Positions 24,933 through 25,562 of a stretch of 25,562 bases of DNA are shown here, piece by piece. Position 1 is the first letter of the stretch. Each line of letters opens with the position of its first letter. The stretch comes from a virus (taxonomy: Duplodnaviria > Caudoviricetes), in IMG/VR virus record IMGVR_UViG_3300036546_000385, positions 1-25,562 of that record; one strand, 5' to 3'. Below the pieces are notes generated by a model that did not search any database, was not told where the DNA came from, and saw nothing but the letters and a program-made list of their open reading frames with translations. The position numbers and the translations under genes are program-made.

Positions 24933-25562
24933 ATGGCCCGTAAGGATGTATTTGAATTTCTGGTGGACGGCACCAGTGGCCTTGTTCCCGGCGATGTGAG
25001 TGGCAAGGCTCTTATTGTCGGTGTGTGCAGCGCCGGGGAAGTGGGCAAGGTCTACTATCTGGGTAAGCGCAGCGACCTGACCGGCCTGCTGGGAACCGGC
25101 CCTCTGGTGGACCGCCTGCAGCATGTCTTCGCCACAGGTGGGCAGGATAGCACAGTGCTGGCTGTTCCGGTGGCAGGTTCGCCCGGTGGCACCATCAGCA
25201 CGCTCAAGCATACCGGCACCGGTCCCGATGCCGATGTAAGCGGTCTTCCCGGTGGCAACGCTGATGTGATTGCCGAGATAGTGGATGCCGGTGCTCCCGG
25301 CGTTGCCACGTGCAAGTTGAGCAAGGACGGCGGGGCAACATTTGGGGTAGCCGCAGCCGTGCCTGCGAATGGCCAGATCAGCGTTGCCGATACCGGTACC
25401 ACCATCGTGCTGGCAGCGGGCAATCTCGTGGCGGGCGACCGCTACCGCTACTCGGTGCGTGGCCCCATCGGCCCTGTTACCCGCATCGGTTTGGGACCGG
25501 AGATCGCTGCAGCGGGAACCGTAAAGGCCGGGGCCGAAGTGGTGCTGCAGATCGTCAAGGGC
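24933..25562 (+). CDS. Tail sheath protein (DUF2586-like), truncated by the window end
   Basis: Not in the ORF track (no stop in window). GGGAGG RBS, MARKDVFEFLVDGTSG...LIVGVCSAG...LGTGPLVD; open for 210 codons to the edge. Confidence 0.75.
   Translation, partial: MARKDVFEFLVDGTSGLVPGDVSGKALIVGVCSAGEVGKVYYLGKRSDLTGLLGTGPLVDRLQHVFATGGQDSTVLAVPVAGSPGGTISTLKHTGTGPDADVSGLPGGNADVIAEIVDAGAPGVATCKLSKDGGATFGVAAAVPANGQISVADTGTTIVLAAGNLVAGDRYRYSVRGPIGPVTRIGLGPEIAAAGTVKAGAEVVLQIVKG

Larger units (their letters stand above)
623..25562 (+). mobile_element. Mu-like transposable prophage with contractile tail, continuing beyond the window; left boundary probably 623 (alternatives 514/518)
   Basis: MuA/MuB/Gam/GemA early module and Mu-type TerL, portal, MuF, protease I, gp36 and gpG synteny. 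TGTAT at 623 (phage Mu also begins TGTAT) is directly followed by a repeated motif ending in GAAA. Confidence 0.93.

Overview
This window holds the left ~25 kb of an apparently intact Mu-like transposable prophage, inserted just downstream of a small host gene (1-462) and its terminator; a Desulfovibrio-like host is only a guess. In order, it contains: left end with repeated putative transposase sites; a leftward membrane-protein gene and an XRE repressor; a divergent early operon (CII-like, Ner-like, MuA DDE transposase, MuB ATPase, Gam, GemA, Zn/HTH regulators); an AT-rich three-gene cargo (RES-domain protein, AAA+ ATPase, S8 protease; IetAS-like plus RES); lysis genes; TerS/TerL, portal, MuF with a C-terminal nuclease-like extension, protease/scaffold, decoration protein, capsid, neck genes, and the start of the tail sheath, which runs off the window. 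Non-coding signals read directly from the sequence: (1) a complete type II hammerhead ribozyme right after gam; (2) a convergent, separately promoted and terminated ~100-nt structured RNA behind the MuF-nuclease gene, where an immunity gene would be expected; (3) a 25-bp end-type motif (core CGAAATGAGAAA) dispersed inside the prophage, including within coding regions; (4) a 75-bp degenerate duplicate of the left end; (5) a perfect 17-bp hairpin covering the endolysin start codon. All family assignments come from motif recognition and synteny; no database searches were run.
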